Source: the human T2T-CHM13v2.0 reference genome, Homo sapiens. Taken from it: 64,000 nucleotides of DNA. Each line of letters starts with the position of its first letter. The first letter of the stretch is position 1. The position numbers and the translations under genes were made by a program. Of the stretch, positions 50,333 through 64,000 are shown in pieces. The DNA is taken from the NCBI RefSeq assembly GCF_009914755.1, contig NC_060934.1; one strand, given 5' to 3'. The notes under the pieces are model-generated. The model saw nothing but the letters and a program-made list of their open reading frames with translations. It had not been told where the DNA came from and did no database searches.

Positions 50333-50945
50333 CATAAGCATTTTTAGAATTCAACAGTTGTTCTCCCAAAAGTGAATATGAGATGGCATAAGTCATTGGG
50401 GGCAGCAGATTAACTAGCACCTATGAACTGGGAATAGCAAATAAAAACTTGATAACATTCTTATAGATTTCTGCCTGTTTTAAAAAATATATTTGATTTT
50501 CAACTATAATTAGGGATCAGGGATGTGTCAAGACAGAAAAAGTGTTTTACTACATTGTGCATCGATTTATGACACACCCATCTCATCTGAGATGTGGCGA
50601 TCATTCATGCTTCCTGAAACATAGGTCATCAGTCAAATCTCTGAGAACATATTACAAAATGGAAAAGAAACGACTTTTTAAAAAATGATATGTTGCACAG
50701 TCTTATGGCCCCTTGTGGTTGAGAAGGGTTCAAGGCCACCAGCTTTGACATTCATAACCCCCGTAGTCTTTATTTATATGACAAAACAGAAGTCGTTCCC
50801 CTCTGGAATGATTTTCTTTTCACTGTACAAGATTAGCATTCAGTAATTCTTTCTACAGGTGTTTCATATCAAATCAATTCACAATAGCTCACAGTCTCAA
50901 TCATGGGAGGGAAATCTTAGCATGGTTAGCAGTTTGGAGTTATAG

Positions 50946-51366
<421 letters not shown>

Positions 51367-51534
51367 ACTCACCTACTTTGAAAAAATAAAATCTTTGAAG
51401 ATTTCCCCATGGCCTATCAAATTAAATATAAATTTAAATCTGACGTAATTTAGGCCCCAAAATGAACCCCAAACTCTTTCTAGACTCATAAACACTGCAC
51501 CACCTACTAAACTCCACTAACAACTACAACAATC

Positions 51535-51780
51535 ACTAACATTTCTAAAGCCTTTACTGTAAGTCAGGAACAGTTCCAAGAGTTTCACATCTTAAATAAA
51601 TTAGTTCTCATAACTACCTAGTAAGATAGGTACTATTATTATTCCCCCTTTATAGAGAGAGGACCAAGGCATCGGTTAGTAACTGACCCAAAGTCACAGA
51701 CTCGAATTCAGTAGAGTTGGGATTTAAACCCAGGCAGCCTGACACCTAAGCCCAAATGCTTGATCTTGATCACTTACACT
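51535..51780 (-). mobile_element. MIR SINE
   Basis: taggtactattattattcccc...gttagtaactgacccaaagtcaca...ggatttaaacccaggcag. Confidence 0.8.
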
Positions 51781-51890
51781 CCTTGAACTTTCGTGTTTTG
51801 TAGATCCCTCTCTACTCTGCATCTTAAATAACCTCCTCCATAAAAAATCCATTGTCAAAATCCTGTCAAAGCCTGTTTCAAATATGACAT

Positions 51891-52268
<378 letters not shown>

Positions 52269-52334
52269 TGACATCTGGTCTTCCTTGGAGACCATACAGC
52301 ATCTCCCTCATATCTTTCTATCTCCCTGATGTTC

Positions 52335-52676
<342 letters not shown>

Positions 52677-53134
52677 TAGACCCCTCAGTGATCTATAAAC
52701 CTTTGAGCAAACAGACTAAGTGTCTTCATCCCTACAGCCCATGCAGCAGCTACCAGAATTCCTGGAACACGGAGAGCTCTTAATAAATATGTTCACCTAA
52801 TGAATGCTTTCTTCCTTGTTCTGGTCTGATTTTACCTGGGGTGCAAAGCAAAAATAGAGTCTCAACTTTCAGGTGTGGTATCAGGTGTCCTGGCCTTGTG
52901 TTATGTCACCCTCAACAACAGTTGGGAGAAAGTCAAGGAAGTATACACACATTTTCCGTAAAGTGAGTCATTTCAGGGGAAAGGGTAATTTTATAGATTG
53001 ACAATTATCATGTAACAATGTCCAGGTGAATGTCTAAAATAGTTTGTACTTTTTCCTAAGAGCTCAGAGGCATAATCTAGCTTTGCATTTCATAAAAGTG
53101 AGTATGATGTTTTTCCTTTAAAGTTAAGAAAGTT

Positions 53135-53459
<325 letters not shown>

Positions 53460-53599
53460 AGAAGGTTGAGGGGAGAGGAGGAGGAAAAGAAGAAATGGTT
53501 CTTTCTTTTCTTTTAAGATCCCCCCCAAAAGCCTGTATAACTCAGTGGCAGGTGTCTGACTAGTTACTTTTCAAGGTGTGTCTGATGTTGATTTGGAAG

Positions 53600-54000
53600 G
53601 TTCAAGTTACCAAGAAAACAGACGCTTTGGTTACCTTGACAACATAGGAAACTCAGGGCTACAGCGTGTTTGACTCAAAATTCCCTTTCAAACCCTTTGT
53701 AGACTGAGTACCATTTTATAAGAATGCCAGGCCTGAAACTCTTGTTTCTGTGATAAATTAAAACTGCACTAGAAATGGTTTTCAAGATAAATACATCTTT
53801 TGTTTCATAGATGATAAAGCTACACAGCTTTAATAATTCTGATAAGCCAAGTCTTCTATCTTGAATTGCCTGGGTTGGTTATCTCTACTGCCCAAAGCCC
53901 CTGAATAATAGTCCCAAGTCTGTTCCAACTCGTCCTGGTGAGGTGGCAAACATAGTGCATTTTACTTTTTTTTTTAAACAAACACGTGAAAATGAGCTTT
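53600..54000. promoter_or_regulatory. Candidate enhancer: two RFX X-boxes, AP-1, six WGATAR sites, FOX-like and E-box motifs
   Basis: GTTACCAAGAAAAC 53606-53619, GTTACCTTGACAAC 53630-53643, TGACTCA 53671-53677, WGATAR at 53751, 53785, 53812, 53840, 53856(-), 53879(-); motif evidence only. Confidence 0.45.
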
Positions 54001-54451
54001 GGCCTGATGTTCAGATGCTGAATAGTTTACTCTTCATTAAACATAAAAATGCCAAGAAATAGTCGTTTGAAGAGATCCAATTATTTTTTCAGGGATCTAG
54101 TCAGCTGCTGCTGACTAGATACCAAGGGAAACAGATACCCTGAAATGCTGTCCCACTCTGCACCCCCACATCCCATTTTCTCACTCCTGCCTTAGTCTTT
54201 TCCAGTCCTGTCAGGCTCACTGAAAGGACTTATCTGCAAGACCCCCAAACCCAGAATTTTTAGAGTGCTGCTCCCCTAAAAGCTCTGGGAGGTCTCTTCT
54301 TTGTACTCTATTCCAGCCTCTGAATCCCTCTCCCAAGTGCCAGAACATTCGGGGCCTTGACCCTTCTCCCTTGGGACTGCCAGTGCAAATGTGATCTTAG
54401 CCAGCCTCGTCCAAACTCAGAACAGATTTTATTGTTAAAAAATGCAGTAAG

Positions 54452-54761
<310 letters not shown>

Positions 54762-55077
54762 TCAATATCTGTATTCCTGTTGGTACAATAAAATAGAAGC
54801 AAAACAGAATTTTGTAAACTAGCCTAACAACCTGTACATAGCTGGTATCTCTCTTTCTAGCAGGAACGTTTTCTTAGTTCAAACCAGCTAAGTTACCGAC
54901 AAAACTCTTGGAACCTAATATATTCACAAATTGGATTCTCCCTGTATTTCTAGCTTTTCAGTGCATTTTACACACTGAAAATCCCTTTGTTAGTTTAGGA
55001 TCGTAGAGATTCGTTGCATGTAAGTATAGTCTAAGGAAAATCAATCGCTTGGTTCATTTTTTTAAAAAGCCATGATG

Positions 55078-55347
55078 TGACCGGGAGCAGTGGCTCACGC
55101 CTGTAATCCCAGCACTTTGGGTACCAAGGCAGGAGGATCACCTGAGGTCAAGAGTTCGAGACCAGCCTGGCCAACATGGTGAAACCCCATCTCTACTAAA
55201 AACACAAAAATTAGCTGGGTGTGGTGGCACTCGCCTGTAATCCCAGCTACTTGGGAGGCTGGGGCAGGAGAATTGCTTAAACCCAAAATCGCGCTACTGC
55301 ACTCCAGCCTGGGCGACAGAGCTACACATTGTCACACACAAAAAAAA
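55078..55347 (+). mobile_element. AluS-type with right-arm deletion
   Basis: TSD aaaaagccatgat. Confidence 0.9.
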
Positions 55348-55611
55348 GCCATGATATTAGATGTGTGAAATATAAAAGCAATATTTAATATCGTTACAAG
55401 TTATTCTGGGATTTGGTTTTTAATGTTTTTACATTTCTAACAAATGATGTTACAAGTTCAGAATATAAAATAATATACCATCTTTTAGTTTTTTTCTGGG
55501 TTAGGATAAGTAAGTAAAATTGTAAGTTTAGAAGAAAATAGTTACAATAGAATTTTATCTCCTGGGAAGAAAAGGAGGAGGAACACTCATTTTCAGAACA
55601 GAACAGGGCAA

Positions 55612-55617
55612 AACACG

Positions 55618-55666
<49 letters not shown>
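55612..55666. repeat. (CA)n microsatellite
   Basis: ~21 pure CA units plus degenerate start. Confidence 0.97.
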
Positions 55667-55670
<4 letters not shown>

Positions 55671-55966
55671 CCAGTATCAAACTGTCTACAACTTTTGGCA
55701 TGTTGAGAATTTTCTACTGAGCCCCATTTTTGGGGCTTTCACGATCATATTTCCTGTTTCTTCTGTGGCTTTATTTTTATCAGCTTCACAGATTTGTGAA
55801 AAGAGGAGTTCTTCCCAGATTGAAATATGTTTCACTACCCTTTCACGTGTTTATTTCTTGGCTTACATTCAGGCTTATGTCCTGATTTCAGGTTTGTGTT
55901 ATATCTCTCGAACATGGAATGAGCTCCTTCACAGAGTCCAGAAGCTAGAAAACCCCGATGCCAGCA

Positions 55967-55969
55967 AAA

Positions 55970-56012
<43 letters not shown>

Positions 56013-56020
56013 AAATAAAA
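55967..56020. repeat. (TAAA)n STR
   Basis: ~11 units. Confidence 0.95.
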
Positions 56021-56054
56021 ATCAATCAAAAGGACCAAGAGCCAGCCTGAGCCA

Positions 56055-56071
56055 GGCCACCAGGGGGCCGC
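56055..56071 (+). promoter_or_regulatory. Candidate CTCF site
   Basis: GGCCACCAGGGGGCCGC vs consensus GCCACCAGGGGGCGC, in a small CpG-retaining pocket. Confidence 0.55.
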
Positions 56072-56644
56072 CTGCGGGATGAGCTTGTTCGGCCCCCTGG
56101 GTTGCATTCCCGTTCCAGGCGGCGCATCTGTGGCTGTTCTGCTTCCTGTAGCTTTTGGAAACATCTCTCCTACTTCAAGCATTCCCCTAGAGGGATGGTA
56201 TGTTTTGCAATGAAGTCAACTCAGCAGTAACACAACCATGGCTGACATTTCTGCCTTCGTGCCAGAAAAATGTTCTTAGTGTATACTCTTCCAGAACATT
56301 CTGTTTGTGCTTCATTGTCATGTTCTCAATAAGTCATTTGCTACAGGCTGAAAAAGGGAGAAAGACATGCAAGATTTTTCTCCACATCTGGAGAGCCAGA
56401 TGTGGAGCCTAGGTAAGGAGGTTCCTATGCCTATACGGAAACCAGGCCACCACCCGGGCATTTGAGTTCAGCGTGGTCAGCAGGGTGGTGACAATGCTAT
56501 CAGCATTAAAGAGGAATTAAAAGACATTAACCTGGTGACACTTTGTAAAGTCATCAAGTTCTTTATAGACCTGGGATTCCATTTCTGTCTTAGTACATCT
56601 TGGTCATTGAATGGACCCACAGCTCATCTAAGAAACGTTCTGTA

Positions 56645-56961
56645 GGCCAGGAGCAGAGGCTCACGCCTGTAATCCTAGCACTTTGGGAGGCTGAGGTGTG
56701 TGGATCTCTTGAGCCCAGGAGTTCAAGGCCAGCCTGGGCAACATAGTGAAACCCCATGTGTACACAAAATATAAAAATTAGCTGGGTGTGGTGGCACACA
56801 CCTGTGGTCCCAGCTACTTGGGAAGCTAAGATGGGAGAATCACTTGAGCCTGGGAGGCAGAAGTTGGAGTGAGCCAAGATCACGCCACCACTGTGCTCCA
56901 GCCTGGGTGACAGAGCAAGACCCTGTCTCAAAAGGAAAAAAAAGAAAAGAAAAGAAAAGAA
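56645..56961 (+). mobile_element. AluJ/S-type
   Basis: TSD agaaa(c/t)gttctgta. Confidence 0.92.
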
Positions 56962-56971
56962 ATGTTCTGTA

Positions 56972-57351
56972 AAGAAAATGTGGTACATACACACCATGGA
57001 ATACTATGCAGCCATAAAAAGAATGAGATCACGTGCTTTGCAGCAACATGGATGGAGCTGGAGGCCTTTATCCTAAGTGAACTAATGCAGGAACAGAAAA
57101 CCAAATACTGCATGTTCTCACGTATAACGGGAGCTAAACGTTGAAAATACACGGACACAAAGAAGGGAATAACAGACACCGGGGCCTGATGAGGGTGGTG
57201 GGTGAGGACTGAAAAACTACCTATCAGGTACTATGCTTATTACCTGGATGACAAAATAATCCGTACACCAAACCCCCATGACACACAATTACCTGTAAAA
57301 CAAACCTGCACATGTACCCTGAGCCTAAAATAAAAGTTTTTTTAAAAAAAA
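56972..57351 (+). mobile_element. 5'-truncated L1PA15/16-like 3' end
   Basis: gaaaatgtggtacatacacaccatggaatactatgcagcc...aaacctgcacatgtaccctga.cctaaaataaaagt plus A tail. Confidence 0.88.
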
Positions 57352-58017
57352 GAAACATCCTGCTGTACTGGCCGAGAGGTGCACAACTCACTTGGGTAAA
57401 TTGAGGAAGGAGCCACTACACTAATAATCCTATAGGTAGTTTGTATTTACAAAGTACTGGAAGCATTTCAATATACCCAGTGGCTAAAAGAATTGACTGT
57501 TTTTCAAGCTAGGACTGGAAAAAGAGCTAGCTTGTCCAAACACCTTTATCTAAGGAAGCTGTAAACCAAGTCTCAGGCAGAGTGAGCTATGAAATGTCAA
57601 CAAGCAATGTTTGGGGGTGAGAAGAACAGAAAGAAAAAAGCCACAATGAGCCCCAAGCACACCCCTGCCTTGGGAAATCAGGCAGTCTCCTTTGGGTGGC
57701 AGGGTTTTGGGTAAATAGTGTTTCTGATCTTATGAGGGTCTCAGAAGCCTTTGACCTTTGCTTTTGCAGCCATGCCCACCTGAAGGAATGCATGATCAGG
57801 GAAGCTGATAAGAAAGCTGATTGCTACACTCTGATGAGTCTCCACTTAGAACCTGTTGCCACTGCTCCTGTTCCGGGAGTGGGAAGTGTCTACTGAGTGA
57901 GATTAAAATCATGGTAGACATCCATTCAAGATATCTAGACCTTTGCGGACATCTTGTCAACCCGCAGGACCAAGCATGACCTAGCCCCTCTGTAGGCAAA
58001 TTCCCCTGGGTGATTGA

Positions 58018-58311
<294 letters not shown>

Positions 58312-58599
58312 TAATTATGTGTATTGGCTCGTTATGACACACCAGGAATCATGCCAGTCATTTCACAAGCATTATTTCTTTAAAAATTTCAGTAACTGTA
58401 AGAGGGAGGTGCCAAGGCTTTATCCCCATGTGGTAGGGGGATTGAACATTTGCAAATTTCAACCTGCGCTTCCTTTCCGCATTCTCCCCACACACAGCGG
58501 CAATGGGGACATTCTGCACACATTCCCCTAGGCGTACAGATAGCACAGTAGAAACAGCGAAAGAAAAGTTTATTCCCAGGTCCAAATACACTTTTGAGC

Positions 58600-58746
58600 A
58601 AAAAAAGAAAGAGAGAGAGAGAGGAAGGAAGGAAGGAAGGCGAAAGGGAAAGGGAAAGGGAAAGGGAAGGGGAAGGGGAAGAGGACGGAAGGGAGGGAAG
58701 GGAGGGAAGGAAGGAAAGGGAAGAAAGGGAAGAAAGGAAAGAAAGG
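58600..58746. repeat. Polypurine GA-rich repeat ((GA)n/(GGAA)n/(GGGAAA)n)
   Basis: read directly. Confidence 0.92.
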
Positions 58747-58896
58747 CATGTTTTTTATCAAGATGTGATTTATTTTTAAATAAGTTTTTTTAAACTAAAA
58801 AATAATAATGAAAATCAGCAATTCTTCATCTCACCCCTTTCAATCTTTCCCCAGGCCAAATCTTGAATGTCACAACTTTCCACTCCCTAAGCTTAT

Positions 58897-59394
<498 letters not shown>

Positions 59395-59452
59395 CTAAAA
59401 ATTTTTTTAAAAAATTAAAAATTAAAACTTAAAATAAAAAATAAATAAATTA

Positions 59453-59578
59453 GGCCAGGCATGGTGGCACACAACTGTAGTCCCAGCTACCGAGCAGGCT
59501 GAGGGCAGGAGGATCACTTGAGTTTAGAAGTTCAAGTTCAGCCTGAGCAACACAGTGAGACCCTCACCTCTAAAAAAT
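59453..59578 (+). mobile_element. Alu monomer (FLAM-like)
   Basis: single monomer. Confidence 0.8.
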
Positions 59579-59599
59579 AAAAGTAAAAATTAAAAGTCA

Positions 59600-59905
59600 G
59601 GCCAAGTGCAATAGCACATGCCTGTAATCCCAGCACTTCAGGAGGCCAAGATGGGAGAATTGCTTGAGCCCATGAATTCGAGACCAGCCTGGTTAACACA
59701 GCAAGATGCTGTCTCTAAAAAAAAAAAAAAAAATTTAATTAGCCAGGCATGGTGGCACAAGCCTGTAGACCCAGCTATTCAGAGGAGATGAGGTGGGAGG
59801 ATCACTTGAGCCTGGGTGGTTGAGGCTGCTGTGAGCTATGATCATGTTACTGCACTCCAGCCTGGGCAACGGAGCAAGACTCTTTCTCAAAAAATAAAAA
59901 TAAAA
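59600..59905 (+). mobile_element. AluJ-type
   Basis: Alu dimer, TSD aaaagtcag. Confidence 0.9.
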
Positions 59906-60239
59906 AGTCAGCATTTATAAAGGTCCACATCCTGAAAGAAAACATCTGGGAAGAAGGAGAGAATACTCAACCTAAGAGAGCAGAAATCTTAAACACCTGT
60001 AGAAACAGTGAGTTTGACCAATGCTTCTGAGAAGCATCAGAGAATTTCTCAGTTCAGACAAGGTGCATGTTAAACTATGGTATGTTTTATTCTGTTTTGA
60101 ATATCATACTGAATACATTACATAAGCTTAATGATAAATGTTATCTATCAAATTAACTATTTAACTATAAGAAGTCTGCCCCGGTAGGGAAGTAGGGATT
60201 TATCCTTGCATTTATTCATATTTTCTGATCTTGAATTAG

Positions 60240-60719
<480 letters not shown>

Positions 60720-61225
60720 ATATATTACTTTTTTATATACTTTTTTCCTTCTGTGTCCCCACACAGAGCTACATTCACTTCATCAGAACAACTTGGTAGT
60801 GAACAGGAGGAGTGCGCTGTGTGACCTTGATGCAGTTACTCTACAGACTTTTGATAAACTTGACCACAAACTCCTCTAGAGCAGGGACTGTGTCTTCTCT
60901 GCCTTTCCTCAACACCTTGCACCATGCCAAGTGTTTAAAAAATATTTGTTCTACCAAGTGATGGTGAGAATGTGACGCAACTAAAACTTCACTAGTAGAA
61001 ATGTGAAATGGTATAGCCCCTCTGGGCAGTTCTTACAATATTTAACATACACTCGCCATATAACCCAGTAATCCCACTGCTGGGTATTAACCTTAGAAAA
61101 GGAAAATGTTACGTCATACAAAAACTGGGACGTGAAGGTTTATAGCAATTCTATTCATATTTGCCAAAAACTGAAAACCACTCAAATATCCTTCAAGGGA
61201 TAAGTGAGTCCTTTTTTTTTAATTG

Positions 61226-61977
<752 letters not shown>

Positions 61978-62450
61978 CGTACAACGGAATACTATTCAGC
62001 AATAAAATGGAACAGACTATTGATACAACAACTTGGATGAATCTCAGGCATTATGCTAAGTGAAAGAAGCAGTCTCAAAAGATTATTTACTGTATGATTA
62101 TTTTCACTTGACATTCGCTAGAAGACAAAACTATAATGATGAAAACCAGATCGGTAGCTGTCTGGGGTTGGAGTTGGGGGAGCAAAGAAAATTTAGATCA
62201 CAGGAGTAGGGCAGCTCCAGGATTGATGTAGGGACTCCCTAACATAGCCAGAGACATGGGGTCTTTCTAATTTTTCACCTCATCATCCTCAGCAAGTGGC
62301 TGGTCTGCTTCATCCTCTACTGAAAATCTGTTCCCATTAAGCAATAATTCCCCTATTTGCTGCTTCCCCAAGTCCCTGGTAACCACTGTTGTGCTTCCTG
62401 TCTGTATGAATTTACCTATTCTAGGTACCTCATACATGTGAAATCATGCA

Positions 62451-63126
62451 GAGTGTGGTGCTGTGACACAGAGGAGATGGCTTCACTTCATAACCTAACA
62501 CTTTCTGAAAAAGTGCTGACAAATCATCCCAGCTGGACAAAGTTTAATTTCCTAGATATGTCTCTAGATGACATTATAATCTATAAAAAGTTAGAAGAGA
62601 TAAACGCTGAAAAAGAATAAAAGAACCATAGTAAAAAGGATTCACCTTCAAGACAGCAATCAAATGCTCATGGACATCACCAGCAGAGAGGATACCCAAG
62701 ATTCAGAAGCAACTCTGAGGAAGGAAATTATGATTAAAAAAAAAAAAAAAACCATCCCAAGAAACTTCTGGATTCAAGTCTGGACGGCACCCTTTAAATG
62801 GGCAGCCTTTAACTGATCAGGGTCTCATTCTGTTGCCCAGGCTGGAATGCAGTGGTGCAATCATGGCTCGCTGCCCCCTCGACCTCCCGGGCTCAAGTAA
62901 TCCTCCCACCTCAGCCTCCTAAGTAGCTGGGACTACAGGCATATGCCACCATGCCCTGCTAATTTTTTTTTTCTTTTCTGTAGAGATGAGGTCTCACTAT
63001 GTTGCCCAGGCTGGGAAAGCATCCTTCTATTGCTCATACTTTTGAAACTTTTGAGACTATCACTACAGCCAAACTCACTAGAAAAAAAAAAAATTACCTT
63101 GCAGTGAAGAAATGTATTTAAAAAAA
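62451..63126 (+). pseudogene. LUZP4P1: Processed pseudogene of LUZP4 (CT28/HOM-TES-85), probably the annotated LUZP4P1
   Basis: ATG 62477: [108 protein letters not shown] matches the recalled LUZP4 N-terminus (LTLSEKVPPNHPSRKKVNFLDMSLDDIIIYKELEG...KPSGFKSGQHPLNGQPLIEQ); intronless, in-frame stops at 62618 and 62735, short A tail, TSD gtg(a/g)aatcatgca at 62438-62450 and 63130-63142. Confidence 0.88.
62821..63013 (-). mobile_element. Tail-less antisense AluJ segment inside the LUZP4 retrocopy (putative exonized Alu)
   Basis: begins ggtctc exactly after the position of the gagacAG acceptor, ends caggctg before the GT of ctg|gtc; no poly(T), no TSD. Confidence 0.85.
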
Positions 63127-63734
63127 TAAGTGGAATCATGCAAAATTTGTCCCTTTGTGTCTGGCTTATTTCACTCAGCATAATGTCCTCAAGATTCATC
63201 CATGTTGTATCATGTGTCAGAATTCTATTCCTTATTAGGACTGAAGAACATTCGATACATGTAGATCACATTTTGCTTACCCATTGATCTATCAATGGAT
63301 GCTCATGTTGTTTCCATCTTTTGGTTATTGTGAATAATGCTGCTATGAACATGAGGTTATAAATATCTGTTTGAGTCCCTGCCTTCAATATTTTTGCGTA
63401 TATGCCCAGGAGTAGAGTTGTTGAATCCTATGGTGATTCTATATTTAATTTTTTGACAAACCACCATACCATTTTCCATGGCGGCTGCACCATTTTGCCT
63501 TTGCACCAGCAATGCACAAGGGTTCCAATTTCTCCACCTTGCCAATCTTTGTTGTTTTCTGTTTTGTTTTTTTTTTTGACAATAGACATCCCAATGGGTA
63601 TGAAGTGATGTCTCATTGTGGTTTTGATTTGCATTTCCCTAATGATTAATGACATTGAGCATCATTTCATTGTGCTTATTAACCATTTGTAGATCTTCTT
63701 TAGAGAAATATCTATTTAAGTCCTTTGCTCATTT

Positions 63735-63917
63735 TTGGGTGTTTTTGTTTTTGTTTTTGTTTTTGCTTTGAGAGACAGGGTCTCACTCTATCACCCAGGC
63801 TGGAGTGCAGTGGCATGATCATAGTTCACTCCAGCCTCAAACTCCTGATCTGAAGTGATCCTGCCACCTCAGCCTCCCAAAGCACTTGAGTTACAGGCAT
63901 GAGCACCATACCCAGCC
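63735..63917 (-). mobile_element. Alu monomer-length chimera or fragment (AluJ/FLAM-like) in L1MB
   Basis: (TTTTTG)n tail then a shortened reverse Alu. Confidence 0.8.
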
Positions 63918-64000
63918 CCATTTTTTAATTGGGTTGTTTGGTACTTTTTGTCGTTGAATCTTAGGAGTTATTTATATATTCTGGATATTAATCCTTTATG

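Larger units (their letters stand above)
62318..64000 (-). mobile_element. L1MB-type 3' region, interrupted by the LUZP4 retrocopy and an Alu
   Basis: ccctggtaaccact...ctaggtacctcata|agtggaatcatgca..tttgtccctttgtgtctggcttatttcactcagcataatgtc; ORF2 C-terminal peptide [14 protein letters not shown]. Confidence 0.88.

Noticed and set aside
50706-50720. Second CTCF-like motif (ccacaaggggcca on the minus strand)
   Set aside because: Two mismatches in core positions and no supporting context.
62357-62476. N-terminal 40 residues of the 87-aa ORF as part of the LUZP4-like protein
   Set aside because: Derived from antisense L1MB and the 5'UTR via a TTG start; homology begins at ATG 62477.

Overview
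Primate (very likely human) non-coding, repeat-dense genomic DNA with no intact protein-coding gene, RNA gene or CpG island that I can support. It holds about 50 Alu copies or fragments, old L1/L2/MIR elements, ERV1/ERVL/MaLR solo LTRs, hAT/Tc-mariner DNA-transposon fossils and several simple repeats. Essentially all ORFs in the track are Alu-, L1- or microsatellite-derived artefacts. Two processed pseudogenes are recognisable: an old RPL15 retrocopy (~32544-33269) missing ~70 internal codons, and a TSD-flanked LUZP4 retrocopy (62451-63126) inside an L1MB. The LUZP4 copy is the most interesting element. After the N-terminal coding region it jumps, at Alu cryptic splice sites, into a tail-less antisense Alu segment and then an unidentified terminal segment. 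It therefore looks like a fossil of an alternatively spliced, Alu-exonized LUZP4 mRNA, and it keeps a 47-codon ORF with the UAP56-binding motif. Other notable items: a PATRR-like quasi-palindrome (48143-48702), several fold-back scars in Alus, a twin-primed L1, an internally deleted but TSD-intact L1, a truncated MER4-type LTR in a 36-bp duplication, a long GAA/TTC tract, and a candidate RFX/GATA enhancer plus a CTCF site. From memory an annotated LUZP4P1 lies at 10p12.31 near NEBL; that placement is unverified. Repeat family names and parent-gene sequences come from recall, not a database search, and repeat boundaries are approximate (about +/-10-30 bp).
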